64,000 nt of DNA from Rhizophagus irregularis (Eukaryota): the NCBI RefSeq assembly GCF_026210795.1, contig NC_089433.1:4154001-4218000 (forward strand). The letters are read 5' to 3'. Of this stretch, positions 1-12,642 are shown piece by piece; positions within the stretch are counted from its first letter, which is position 1, and each line of letters starts with the position of its first letter. The position numbers were made by a program, and so were the translations under genes. Under the pieces are notes generated by a model that was given only the letters and a program-made list of their open reading frames with translations, searched no databases and had not been told where the DNA came from.

Positions 1-568
1 CTTCCTAGAAATATTAAAAATGATGAAATTATTGATTCAAAAATTATTATTAATTTAAATATTATTTCAATAATTTCAAGACGAATTGATAAAATGGGAA
101 TTAATGACATTTAAGAGAATTATATTTACCATATAAATTTCAATTATTGTTGAGAGGAAGTCGAGATGGATTTACTCCTAAAATATTTCATGAATTTTGT
201 AATGATAAGCATAATACTGTTACTTTTATTAAAGTAAGTGGAACGGAGGAAATTCTTGGTGGATATAATCCTGTAAAATGGGAATCTCTTGGTTGGGTAG
301 AACTAAGAATAGTTTTATTTTTTCTTTTAAAAATAACTTTATTAAAGATGCAATTATTAGTAATGTGGTAAATACAGAATGTGCATTGCCATTTTACACT
401 TCACATGGTCCATATTTTGGTAGAGATATTAATATATATTCTAGTGATGGTGAGACCGCAAATTTTAATTATTGTAATTATAAAAAGTGTTTTTATGAAA
501 AAATGATAAGAGATACCGAGGGTCAATTTTCTATAGAAGATTATGAAATATTTCAAATTATAAAGTGA
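1..568 (+). pseudogene. C-terminal TLDc domain of a BTB/TLDc-type gene, frameshifted; 5' part lies outside the window
   Basis: LLRGSRDGF...FHEFC...TVTFIKV...ILGGYNP.W, then SFIFSF...HGPYFG.DI...FSIEDYEIFQI. The domain is split across two frames (147-371 and 278-568), with an upstream stop/frameshift near 112. Confidence 0.85.
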
Positions 569-896
569 TAAGTTTGGTATCATTGTATTTGTTTATTTGG
601 ATTTTTTTTCATCATTTATTAAAATATTAAATTTATTTTAAAAAAGGGATTTGTTTTATGTTTATTAATAATGTACAATATTCATACACATATCCTTTTT
701 TCGATTAACATACGCTAATTTATTTGCAAATCGCATTTAAATTTATTTTTAGAAGTTCATCCATCATTTGAAAAAACGTATTTATATTTCATTTCAACTT
801 AAACTAATAATTTGTAAAATTATGTTCTATTTATTGCTATTTTTTTTATATTTAATATAACTACCAAAGAGGTATCATTCGAATTTTCTTCATATA

Positions 897-1822
897 TAAG
901 GATGGTCATCGGTCCTACCGATCCTACTCAGTCCTGGACCGGTCGGTCCCAGGACTTGTAGGACCGGACCGCGGTCTTGCATTTTTTTGTGGCGCAGTAG
1001 GACCGGTCCTGAGGACCGACCAGTCCTCATACCGGTCTTCATATAATAAATGATTTTTATATTGAATAAACCTATTAATCTGACAAAGGTCATCATAAAA
1101 TAATATAAAGACCGGCCATTTCCAAACCAATAAATAATTCCCACTTGTAGAGTTGCTTGTCAAAACGCTGAAACTCCGAAACTCCAAAAAAGCGTTTAAG
1201 CGGAATATCTCGTCATCCAGTGATCATAAAAGGATGAAACCACCACCATTCGAATCGTCTCAGCGAGACGCGTCGAATGGTGACTAAATCATGTTTCTAG
1301 GATCGATAGATAGTCGGTAATTATTGAATTTATTATCAAATAGTTTTGCCGATGTAATTTTTTTTTATCGATTCTAAAATCATGATTTTGATACCATTCG
1401 ACGCGCCGCAGCGAGAAGATTCGAATGGTGGTAAAATCATCCTTTTATAATCACTGGATAGCGAGATATTACGTTTTGAAGTATTTTTTCTCAAAGCTTT
1501 AAATTTTGCATGACGTTGTGATGATATCCAGGTGATTTGTAAAAAAAAAATTTATATTAAAAATCATCATCCCAATTAGTGTTCATTTATAAAACAAGGC
1601 TATTCCTAATAAAGTTAGGGAAGAAAATCTTTTTTTATTTGCAAAAAAAAGAAAAAAGACCGATCGGTCTTAAAAAGACTGCGGTCCTTAAAAAGACCGA
1701 CGGTCTTAATATATGTGATACAGGACCGAAAGACCGCGGTCCTACACTAAGACGGACTGGTCCGTCTTTTTATGGTGTAGGACCGTAGGACCGCGGTCTT
1801 CTAGGACTGATGACCATCTTTA
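897..1822. mobile_element. Non-autonomous hAT-like DNA transposon (MITE)
   Basis: TIR TAAGGATGGTCATCGGTCCTA ... TAGGACTGATGACCATCTTTA. Perfect 8-bp TSD TTCATATA at 889-896 and 1823-1830. Subterminal GGACC/GGTCC repeats; no transposase. Confidence 0.9.
1204..1470. repeat. Long internal inverted repeat (arms about 90-105 bp) inside the hAT-like element
   Basis: AATATCTCGTCATCCAGTGATCATAAAAGGATG...CCATTCGAATC...CGCGTCGAATGGT...ATCATG is the near reverse complement of 1381-1470. Confidence 0.85.
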
Positions 1823-2519
1823 TTCATATATGACTGATAATGTTAATTATTATTTTGTTTATGATCATGTTATTGATGTTATTTCTGACCAAATTTAAAA
1901 TAAATAATATTAAATCAATTTTAAAAAAGTGGCAATTTTAAATTCTGCATAATTAATTATTCACATTAAAAAAAACTGGGTAACTATTATCCTAATGGCA
2001 TTTTCAATCTATTAAATTTTAACAATCCAATCTTTCGTTTCTATTAATGATACTCACGGATCTGTTTCCGTATATATATAAGTAAGAAAGTCTAGATATA
2101 TATATTATTAATAAATATTGAAATTATTTTAAGTATAGTGTTTTTATTATGAACAAACGAAAAGATAATATCGGAATGTGATAATCCCAAATCGAATAAT
2201 AAATTAAATCGTAAAGTGAAATACTACGTTCTTTGACAAATATTATCAGTTGATGTTGATTAATACGAGGAGTTTACACGTGATTTGAGCAATGTAAAAC
2301 ATGTTAGTATAATCTTACATACAGGACAATTCAATCCATCATATACAATATGACAGGACGTCGTTTTTTTATTTGTTCTATTGTAGGAATTTCTTCTAAA
2401 AATATTAGTATAAGTATGATTATGTATGAACTCACAACAAATTGTAAACATTGCTGATGTTGAACATAATATTCAGTTTTCTATAAACCTCGATAGAGAA
2501 CAACTAGAAATTACATAAT

Positions 2520-2850
2520 ATACAGTAGAATTTTATACTAATTTAATGAAATGATGTTAGAATTGGGACCTTGACCCTAAAAAGACCTTCTAGTAAGTGG
2601 TATACAAATATAATACCACTATATATGGCTAAATTAAAGTATCGACTAAATCTTCCTTTTTATAGGGTATGATGCAAATAAAAAATACAAAAATATTCTA
2701 TAGGGCTGAATCAAAAAAATTAGAAATAATAAGATTAAAGAAACTTGAACTCAAATTTAGTGAAAAAGTTCATCCGAGTGCAATTTATAAATTTAGATCG
2801 TTAAAATCATTTGTTTTTAAATGTTCATCTAAAAATTCTTCAAAAGGTAT
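2520..2850 (+). pseudogene. Decayed C-terminal fragment of a protein kinase gene
   Basis: Remnants resembling LMK.CWD.DPKKRP (about 2543-2590) and the tail motif KVHPSAIY..RSL, which is similar to HPQAVYTSRLL in the intact kinases of this window. Confidence 0.55.
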
Positions 2851-5800
2851 GTGTTATGGTATGTGTTATATTAGAAAATTGGATATGTACCGTATATGTA
2901 AAATATTAATAGCTAAATCTTTGAATGAATATATTAAATTTCTTTTATAGATTATACCCTAATAAAACTAGATCTACATATATATTGAAAGGTATTTTAA
3001 GGTGAAACCATTTTCATTTATTTTTACAAAATCTTAAGCCCACAATTTAAATCATCAAGACATCAACCCAATAAAATTCTATATATATCAGTAGGCAAAG
3101 ATATTTTGAAATATTGAAGGGACAAATATTATTTCTTGCAAAAATAGTGGTAAATATTCTAATTTATTATATTCATTTGTATAATATTTTAGTACTTATT
3201 TCTTTCGATTATAAATACTAGGAAAACACATTAAAATTAATTGTTCAAGTAATTTTTTCAAAAACTAAGAAAATATAATTATAAATAAATGAGAAGCTGT
3301 AAAAAAATACTATTATTTTGTATTGTGCGTTCATTCAACAAATATCTAGTTCTAACAAAGCCTCTACCATATATATTTGAAATTTTTATTTTATAACGTA
3401 AATACGAATAAATATCATCTCACAAAGTAACGAGTTTAAACTTATTTGATTCATAGAATTTACCTATTAATTCGACAATATTTTCTTCCAGTCTTTTAAG
3501 ATATTTTTCCTTAGCAACAATGTCTTTCTATATAACGCCATATTTTATTAAAAACGAAAGTATCTAAAAATAGTTAAAGGTAATTTTAGCCTTTGTAGAT
3601 TATGTAAGATAAACTCGCTGTATCACTTATCTAAATTTTATGATAATACGAAAAAAGTGTTTTCATATACAGTACACTTATTTATGTTTATTTATTCTAT
3701 AAAATCAATGAAATTCTATATTATTGGCAAATCATAAAAAGCTTTTCTAAGATATAAATTTGTTATCCCTGTTATCACTGTATATAATTTTCTCAGTTGT
3801 ATCAGAATAGTATCAGAATATTCTTCTAATAAATCTTGATAAAATCGTTTAATATTCTGTATTTTGATTCTAATATTATTATTTATCTGTTCATTAATAA
3901 ATTAATTAAATCCTGCAGGTAATTTAGAGTAAACCTATATTTAGTGAATATAATATTGGCATCATTAATAAGCTGAATACTCAAATCTTTATTTTGTTTA
4001 ATAAATTAAATCACCAAGAATACTTTTCTACGAAAAAATCTATTCACTTCAAATTAATTTACTGAAAATCAATAAACAAACTATATTCGCCTTGTACTGA
4101 CGGTACTGTGCATATTATTATTAACACCTCTCATTAATTCATGATAGAATACAGAAGAGATTTTATATTCTTGTTAATAATAATATATATCTTACTGTAA
4201 TTAATTTTACAATATAATTCTCTTAGTTATATCCATTTGTAGTTTTAAATTATTAGATATTAAAAGATCTAAATCATTTTCATACCATAAACTCAATATC
4301 AATCTAGGTAACACGAAGCTTAAACTATCTTGTTGAGGGCTGTATCAAAACCCATCAAGAATTTCATACATAATTCTGTTTACACAAAAATCATTGCTGT
4401 ACAAATTAGGAAGATTATGACTTTGAGAAATTTTATATAATAAACAGGAGTTTATAATTTTTTTTTTTTTGGCCCCTATTCTCTCTCTTCCTTTTTTATT
4501 TTTTGTATTATCAATCTACAACAGCAGCAATAATCATTTGTTATTTAAAATCATTTTTTTTTTATAAAGAAAAATTTTTTTTTTCATAACTTAACTCAAA
4601 ATCATAGTTATTGTCTATATCATATTAAAATAATTTTAATACAATCCAAGTCATTATAAAATATGATGTCAAATGATATCTTTAAAAAGGAGATCCATTA
4701 GAAATTTATTTGCAAATGGATCAATCGTGATATATAATAATATGATCAATGGAAACATTTTTGTTCAGGACATATTAGTTATAATGAATTCTACCCATGG
4801 TTGAAGACCCACTTCTAATAATCCATTGGAATGAAAATTCTTTAATCAACCCAATGGAAGCAAAACACCCTCATTGTAATGGTAAACATTTAATAGAATC
4901 AATGGGTACATTTCTATGCAGAACATATTCACCTACTGGAAGACCCATGCACACAAGTTGCAAAATCTCGTTGAATTTATTAAAAATTCTGGTGATGTTG
5001 AAAACACACCCATCGTATTTGCATTTAAGACCAGTGATGATTTCCTTATTCATATAACTTCAAAATTCATACACTAGACATATAAATAGCTACACTAATT
5101 CCTTTATCACATTTGAAAATTCTTTTAATTAACCAAATGGAAGCGGGTCTCTCTTATCCATATAACTTCAAAATTCATAGATATATTATTTTCGATACAT
5201 ACTTATTAGAGTTATTATAAAAAATATATATGTACGGTGTACCGTTTGGATGAAAAGTGCCAAAATTTCGAAAAATTGATTTTTCGAATTTTTGAATTTT
5301 AAAATCTCCTTATAAGGAGATTCTCCTTATAAGGAAAATCTCCTTTTATGGCAATGTAACGTTACACAAATATCCAAATAAGGAAGTTGGTGTCACCGAA
5401 TTTCCTTTTTTGGACGTTTTGTGTAACGTAGATCTATCCTATAAAAGGAAAATTTCCTTATAAGGCGATTTTAAAAGTTCAAAATTTCAAAATTTCGAAA
5501 TTTCAAAAAAAAATTACCATAAAAGGAATTTTTTTTAAGATTTTTGAAATTTTGAAATTTTGAAATTTTGAATTTGAAAATCGCCTTTTAAGGAAATTTT
5601 CCTTTTATGTAAGGGATCTACGTCGCACAATATTTAATTTATAATGCCAGCCAGAATTATAATCTCCTTATACAGAAATTTTGTTTAAAAATATTTTTTT
5701 AACAAATCTGGTGGCTAAACTATTTACCCGAATTCCGAAATCATGTGATTGTAATTCTGGCCGGAATTATAATTGATTTTATTAATTTTACAGTTACTTG

Positions 5801-7953
5801 TGATCAATTTTTCAAAAAAGGAAATATTTAATTTTTACCAAAAATTGGAGTAATTCTGGGCGGATTTAAGAAAATTATTAATGTAACGTTACACAAATTT
5901 CCAAAAAAGGAAATTTTACTTCTTGCAAAAAATTGGAAATTTGGTTTCACAAATACTCCAAAAAAGGAAATTTATATGGAGATCACTTAATTCCGGCCAG
6001 CATTATAGCTTAATTATAGTGTGATAATTTTTTTAATATTCTTTTTAATATTCTTTTATATTCTTTAATTTTTATTTAATTTATTAGTAGTATTACTACA
6101 AAATTTTTTTTTTCATGATTTTTTGGCTAGCATTATGAACCATATGATAAGTAAGATCATAATAAATAGATTTTAATTACTAAAAAAATTCTGTTTTTAG
6201 AATACTTATAAAAATGGAAATGTGAAGAGTATTTAAAGTATTTATTATATAAGGAGATAAATTTTTGCTATAATTATATAAGAAAAATTTTGTAATAATA
6301 CTAAAAAAGCTATTTATTACAGACATTATACTTTCTATTTTTTATTTTCAATAATTAATCTGTTATTATTTATTATTAGCTAGTGGTAATGTTGTAGGCT
6401 AAATTTTAACAATTGTTTAACTGCTAAATTTTATTTTAGATAATTTTACCTAAAATGCAAATTAATAAAATTTTTTTTTAATAAATTTTTTATATTTTTT
6501 CCAATAAGTCTCTCCAATATTTGCCTTTAATATCCTTTTTATATTATTTTATTATAAGTAAATTTATTCATTACATATATAATGCATTACACTTTCCTTT
6601 TTGAAGAATGTCTAAAGTAGAAGTAAATTATATAATTTCAAAAAAAAATTTTTTTCTAAATAAAATTTTCACCATATATATAAAATAATACAATCTCTTA
6701 AACATATATATTAAATGTACTATTTTAATCTGCTCTATAAGTTTACTTAAAATACAAAATGAGGTTTTAAATGCCATTTCAATTTATTTAAATTTTTATT
6801 TTTTGTTTTTCTATTTTTGGATATAATTAGCAAAATCTTTGTTTAAATATAAAGTTAAAAATAGTATTTAAAAACTATTTTTTTTCTTTAAGTAAACTTA
6901 TAAAACAGATTAAGATATGCTTATTTTATGATTTTCAAATTTATATTAATTTTAATTTATAAAAAAAAGAATATTTATTAAAACAATTTATTAAAAAGAA
7001 AAGAATATTTATTAAAAAGAATATTTATTAAAAAATTTTATTAAAAAGAATATTAAATAAGTTTATTATATATTGTTTTCTTTTCATTAAAAATATGTTT
7101 AATATATCACTTAAATACAAATATTGAGTTATTAATAAAATCAGTAATAATTATTTTGTATAATTGAAAATTTGATAAAAAAATTAACAAAAAAAATTAA
7201 AAAAAATTAAAAAGCTTATTAAAAAAAATTAAAATGTTTATTAAGAAAAATTAAAAAGTTTATAAAAAAAGTTTATTAAAAAAAATATAAAAATTATTAA
7301 AAAATTATTAAAAAGAATATTATATAAGTTTTATCATATATTGCTTTTTCTTTATTAAAAATATTAATATATCACTTAAATACAGATATTGGAAAATGTT
7401 AGCCATTAGTAAAATTGATAATCATTTTGTATAATTGAAAATAATTTGACAAAAAAAACAAAAAAAAATTAAAAAGTTTATTAAGAAAAAAGCTAAAAAG
7501 TTTTTTAAGAAAAATTAAAAGATAAAAATATAAAAATTATAAAAAAATTTATTAAAAAGAATATTAAATAAGTTCATTATATATTGTATATATTGTTTTC
7601 TTTTTATTAAAAACATATTTAATATATTACTTAAATACAAATATTAAGCTATTAGTAAAATTAATAATTATTTTGTATAATTAAAAATTTGTTAAAAAAA
7701 AAAAATTAAAATGTTTATTAAAAAAATTAAAAAGCTTATTAAAAAAAAATTAAAATGTTTATTAAGAAAAATTAAAAAGTTTATAAAAAAAGTTTATTAT
7801 AATTTATTAAAAAAATATAATAATTATTTAAAAAGAATATTATATAAGTTTTATTATATATTGCTTTCTTTTCACTAAAAACATTAATATATCGTTTAAA
7901 TACAGATATTGGAAAATGCTAGCTATTAGTAAAATTGATAATTATTTTGTATA

Positions 7954-8108
7954 CAGTCAACCCTTGATATAGTGAATTTTTCAGACAACTATAATAAATT
8001 TCCCTTGTTATAATAAATTAACCAATTAAATCTCTTAAAATCTTCACTATAGCCTTATAGCAAAGTTAAGGTCTAGAATCTAGGGTTTGTTATAACAAGG
8101 GTTGATTG
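7954..8108. mobile_element. pogo/Tc1-mariner-like MITE nested in the tandem array
   Basis: TIR CAGTCAACCCTTGATATA / TATAACAAGGGTTGATTG. TA duplication confirmed against the uninterrupted repeat unit (TGTATAATTG). Confidence 0.85.
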
Positions 8109-8387
8109 TAATTGAAAATTTGATAAAAAAAAAAATTAAAATGTTCATTAAGAAAAATTAAAAAGTTTATAAAAAAAGTTTATTATAATTTATTAAAAAA
8201 AATAAAAAAATTATTTAATTAAATACAAATATTGGAAAATGCTAGCCATTAGTAAAATTGATAATCATTTTGTATAATTGAAAATAATTTGACAAAAAAA
8301 AAACAAAAATAATTAAAAAGTTTATTAAGAAAAGTTAAAAGAAAAAAAAGTTTTTTAAGAAAAATTAAAAAATAAAAATATAAAAAT

Positions 8388-10215
8388 GGGGTTTATTTTT
8401 TATCACACCTGTGTTATGTCGCATTCCCTATAAAAAAACTGGATACGTTTTTTATAAAGTTTTTATACGATTTTTTTCCTTAGAAATAACGTATCATAAT
8501 AGGATACGGAAAAATGCACAATTCCATATCACCAAAAATATGGTTTGGATATGGAATTTGCACGGGATTTATATGGAATTTACATGATTTGATCACTGAT
8601 TTTATCATGAAATTTATACGATTTGGTCACTAAATTTACTATTTGTATTACAGTTTACTATAATTGTATTTACATAAATCTAATTTTACTTTATTAAATT
8701 AAATAAAAAATAAAAAATAAACAAAGTACAAATACATTATGAAAATTCCCTCTTTATTAAAACCACCTATTGCAACCTAAATTATCTATAAGTCCAGGTT
8801 CATTTGGATCAAACAACCTAAAAGAACAAAAAAAAGAAACATAAGAACGTCTAACTTAATCGGAAACTAAACCCCCCCTTCATATAGTATCTGCAATCGT
8901 CCAAGTCACCAAAGGTCAGCATTCCTACAAAAAAAGAAAGAGAACTCCAGAATGTCTGACCTACATAAATGAAAAGAATTATGAAGCATCTGATGAAAAA
9001 GAAACTAAAACAACAAAATAAATCCAAAACTGACCTACAAAAAAAGAAGATTCTAAAGCAACAAAACTGAAACAACCTACAAAAAGAAAAGAATTTGAAC
9101 CCAACATACAAAAAAACAAAAAAATTTGAACTGACTTAAAAAAAAAAAAAATCCTGAATCATTCTACAAAAAGAAAAGGACTTCCAAACTGATTTACAAA
9201 AAAAAAAAAGAAACTGAATATTCTCACAAAAAAAATCTGCTGGCCTATGAAATTAAATATAAATAAAGAAGAAAGGGGAATAAAGAATAAACCAAAAAAA
9301 ATATTTTTTAAAAAAGAGGGATAACGAAGTTAGGAAAGTTAAAAAAAAATTTTTTTTTAAAGGGAGGACGTCAAAGTTAGAAAAATAAAAATTTTTTTAT
9401 AAAAAGGAAATAGAAATAGAAAGAAAAAATTTTTTTTCAAAAAAAAGAAGAGTGGAAATAAAAGAAAAAAATTTTTTTTAAAGGAGCGATAAAAAAAAAT
9501 TTTTTTTCAAAGGAGAGTGATGAAAAAAAATTTTTTTTAAAGTGAGGTATGAAAAAAAAAATTATTTTTAAAAGGGGGTGACAAAGAAAGAAGAAAAATT
9601 TAGAAAAAATAACAAAAATAAGATAAGAGAAAGAGAAAGGAAAGGAAAGACAGAAAGGAAGATCAGAAGATCAAGTAAGGGTTTATATAAAAAACAAAAA
9701 ACGTATCATAACAAAACAATAAACAATCATGTGATCTTGTGTTATGATGGGTAAAATTATCTTAAGTTTAAAAATTCCGTATACATTCCGCATGATTAAT
9801 TTTTTCCGTATACATTAGTTTTTTTAAAAAATGTTCAAAAATGAATTGCTTATTAAATATACAGAATTTGTATACAGAATCTATAAAAACGTACATAAAA
9901 TGTATACAAAACGTATCCTTTCTGTATACATATTTCTTATAGGAATTCCTATAACATTTTACATATAAAAGTCAAAATGACAATTTAAATCTCTTTTGAT
10001 ATATTGAGAAAACTTGCAGAGCGGTTAAAAATACATATAGTATAAGGTTTCTTATAGTACATAATAAGTGCATAAGGTTTCACACCAGGATTTTTTAAAA
10101 AAATGGGAAATCTTAACAAAGTCATATGATCAAAATGATCAACATAATTAATATATAAAAATTACCAAAAAAAAGGAAGATGTGACATATTGCAGGTGAA
10201 AAAAAAACATATTTC
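8388..10215. mobile_element. MULE-like insertion with degenerate TIRs
   Basis: 9-bp TSD TATAAAAAT at 8379-8387 and 10216-10224 restores the host repeat unit. The ends GGGGTTTATTTTTTATCACACCTGTGTTATGTCGCA and TGTGACATATTGCAGGTGAAAAAAAAACATATTTC are imperfect inverted repeats. Confidence 0.65.
8426..9944. mobile_element. CACTA/CMC-like element nested in the MULE-like insertion
   Basis: Termini CCCTATAAAAAA...TTTCTTATAGGA, 3-bp flanking repeat ATT, and subterminal ATACG/CGTAT motifs in opposite orientation at the two ends. Confidence 0.55.
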
Positions 10216-12642
10216 TATAAAAATTATAAAAAATTTTATTAAAAAGAATATTAAATAAGTTCATTATATATTGTTTTCTTTTCATTAAAAATATATTTAA
10301 TATATCACTTAAATACAAATATTGAGTTATTAATAAAATCAGTAATAATTATTTTGTATAATTGAAAATTTGATAAAAAAATTAACAAAAAAAATTAAAA
10401 AAAATTAAAAAGCTTATTAAAAAAAATTAAAATGTTTATTAAGAAAAATTAAAAAGTTTATAAAAAAAGTTTATTAAAAAAAATATAAAATTTATTAAAA
10501 AGAATATTATATAAGTTTTATTATATATTGCTTTCTCTTCATTAAAAATATTAATATATCGCTTAAATACAGATATTGGAAAATGCTAGCCATTAGTAAA
10601 ATTGATAATTATTTTGTATAATTGAAAATAATTTGATAAAAGAAAACAAAAAAATTAAAAAGTTTATTAAGAAAAGTTAAAAGTTAAAAAGTTTTTTAAA
10701 AAAAATTAAAAAATAAAAAAATAAAAATTATTAAAAATTTTATTAATATAAATTTTATCATATATTGCTTTTTCTTCATTAAAAATATGTATTATTCAAA
10801 TACAAATATTAGAAGATACCAGCCATTGGTAAAATTGATAATTATTTTGCATAATTAAAAAATTAATATAATGCTAATAATAATAATAATAATAATTATT
10901 ATTATTAAAAAAAATTAAAAAGTTAAAGTTTATTAAAAGTTTATTATTTTGATGATTGCATTCTATTGGATGGATATAGCTTATGATAATTTTTTATATG
11001 GTATATGAACTTAATATTAATAAAGTATATATAGATCATTAAAAATAAAAAATTAAAAGTTTATTAAAAAAATTAAATTTTTTTAATTAATAAAGAATAT
11101 AAAAAATTTATAATGCTGGCCGGAATTAAGTGATCGCCATGTAAATTTCCTTTTTTGGAGTATTTGTGAAACCAAATTTCCAATTTTTTGCGAGAAGCAA
11201 AATTTCCTTTTTTGGAAATTTGTGTAACGTTACATTAATATTTTTCTTAAATCCGGCCAGGATTACTCCAATTTTTGGTAAAAATAAATATTAACACATG
11301 ATTTCGAATTCGGGTAAATAGTTTAGCCACCAGATTTGTTAAAAAAATATTTTTAAACAAAATTTCCGTATAAGGAGATTATAATTCTGGCTGGCACTAT
11401 AAATTAAATATTGTGCGACGTAGATCCCTTACATAAAAGGAAAATTTCCTTAAAAGGCGATTTTCAAATTCAAAATTTCGAAATTTCAAAATTTCAAAAA
11501 TCTTAAAAAAAATTTCCTTTTATGGTAATTTTTTTTTGAAATTTTGAAATTTTGAAATTTTGAACTTTTAAAATCGCCTTATAAGGAAATTTTCCTTTTA
11601 TAGGATAGATCTACGTTACACAAAACGTCCAAAAAAGGAAATTTGGTAACACCAACTTCCTTATTTGGACATTTGTGTAACGTTACATTGCCATAAAAGG
11701 AGATTTTCCTTATAAGGAGAATCTCCTTATAAGGAGATTTTAAAATTCAAAAATTCGAAAAATCAATTTTTCGAAATTTTGGCACTTTTCGTTCAAACGG
11801 TACACCGTATATATGTATATTATGTAATAGTTTCTAATAGGCAGTATTTCATTCACTTAATAATATTACCAGTTAGTTATATATTTATAATGGGTTAAAC
11901 ATAAATTCATGTCTCTGACTAAAAAAATTATTCCAAAATTTTGTGTCAAGAATTTCGACAAATAATTACTTTTAATATTAGTTACATTTACCAACTCCTT
12001 AAGGAACCAGAAGACGTTCCTCAATGAACGAAAACACAAAACTAGAAATACGTTTGATTATCTGCATTACGATTATGTATTTAATTATATATTCTTTATT
12101 ATTTAAATAACAATGATAACTTCTTATCAACTTTATTAACAACTATAACAACACACTTTAACACTTAAAGAATATCAAACCGCCTAGAGTATTTATATTG
12201 GGGAAAAAATTGGGTACTTGCAAGTTAATGTCGGGTTGGAGATTCTGTTAAATACTTTTTTTTAACAATGCAAAAAAAATTTGTAGATATAATTTTACAG
12301 CGCCATTCGACAAATACACATTATCAAGATTACCCTTCAGTTTACATTTTGGTAAATATATATACCATCACTATTATTTCATATTAACGATCAAGACTAT
12401 ATTAAGATTTTAAGGATATATAATAGTGTAATATAATATTAGAGAATTTTGTTTGTTACTGTATAATAAATAATTTATTTATTTATCAACTTAAAGTTGT
12501 CTATTCTATAGAATATAATTGGTTATCAAAATTAATAAGAACTTATTGTTTAATAAAGATTTAAGAACAGTAATAAGTAATTAAAAATAAAAATAATGAA
12601 AGTTGAAATTATTTATTTTTCATAGAGTAAAGAACTGTTTGA

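Larger units (their letters stand above)
6960..10940. repeat. Extremely AT-rich tandem array (units about 250-290 bp) inside the long-TIR element, interrupted by insertions
   Basis: Recurring AAAAGAATATTA(A/T)ATAAGTT...TATATTG(T/C)TTT...CTTAAATACA(A/G)ATATT...ATTTTGTATAATTGAAAA units at about 7045, 7312, 7555, 7830, 10240, 10497 and 10745. Confidence 0.8.
5235..11807. mobile_element. Large non-autonomous long-TIR (Mutator/foldback-like) element
   Basis: Starts CGGTGTACCGTTTG and ends CAAACGGTACACCG. TIRs about 5235-6008 and about 11108-11807; the right copy lacks about 85 bp. 10-bp direct repeat TATATATGTA at 5225-5234 and 11808-11817. Confidence 0.9.

Noticed and set aside
890..1788. ORFs 890-1144, 924-1187 and 1579-1788
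   Set aside because: Chance translations of the GGACC-rich subterminal repeats of the hAT MITE.
3300..4400. Possible decayed minus-strand coding region
   Set aside because: Short coding-like stretches are present, but no motif I can assign.
4660..5180. Small ORFs with short internal duplications
   Set aside because: No recognisable domain or consistent exon structure.
6100..6950. RIP-like depleted transposase inside the long-TIR element
   Set aside because: No DDE remnant is recognisable, and mutation bias cannot be shown without aligning copies.
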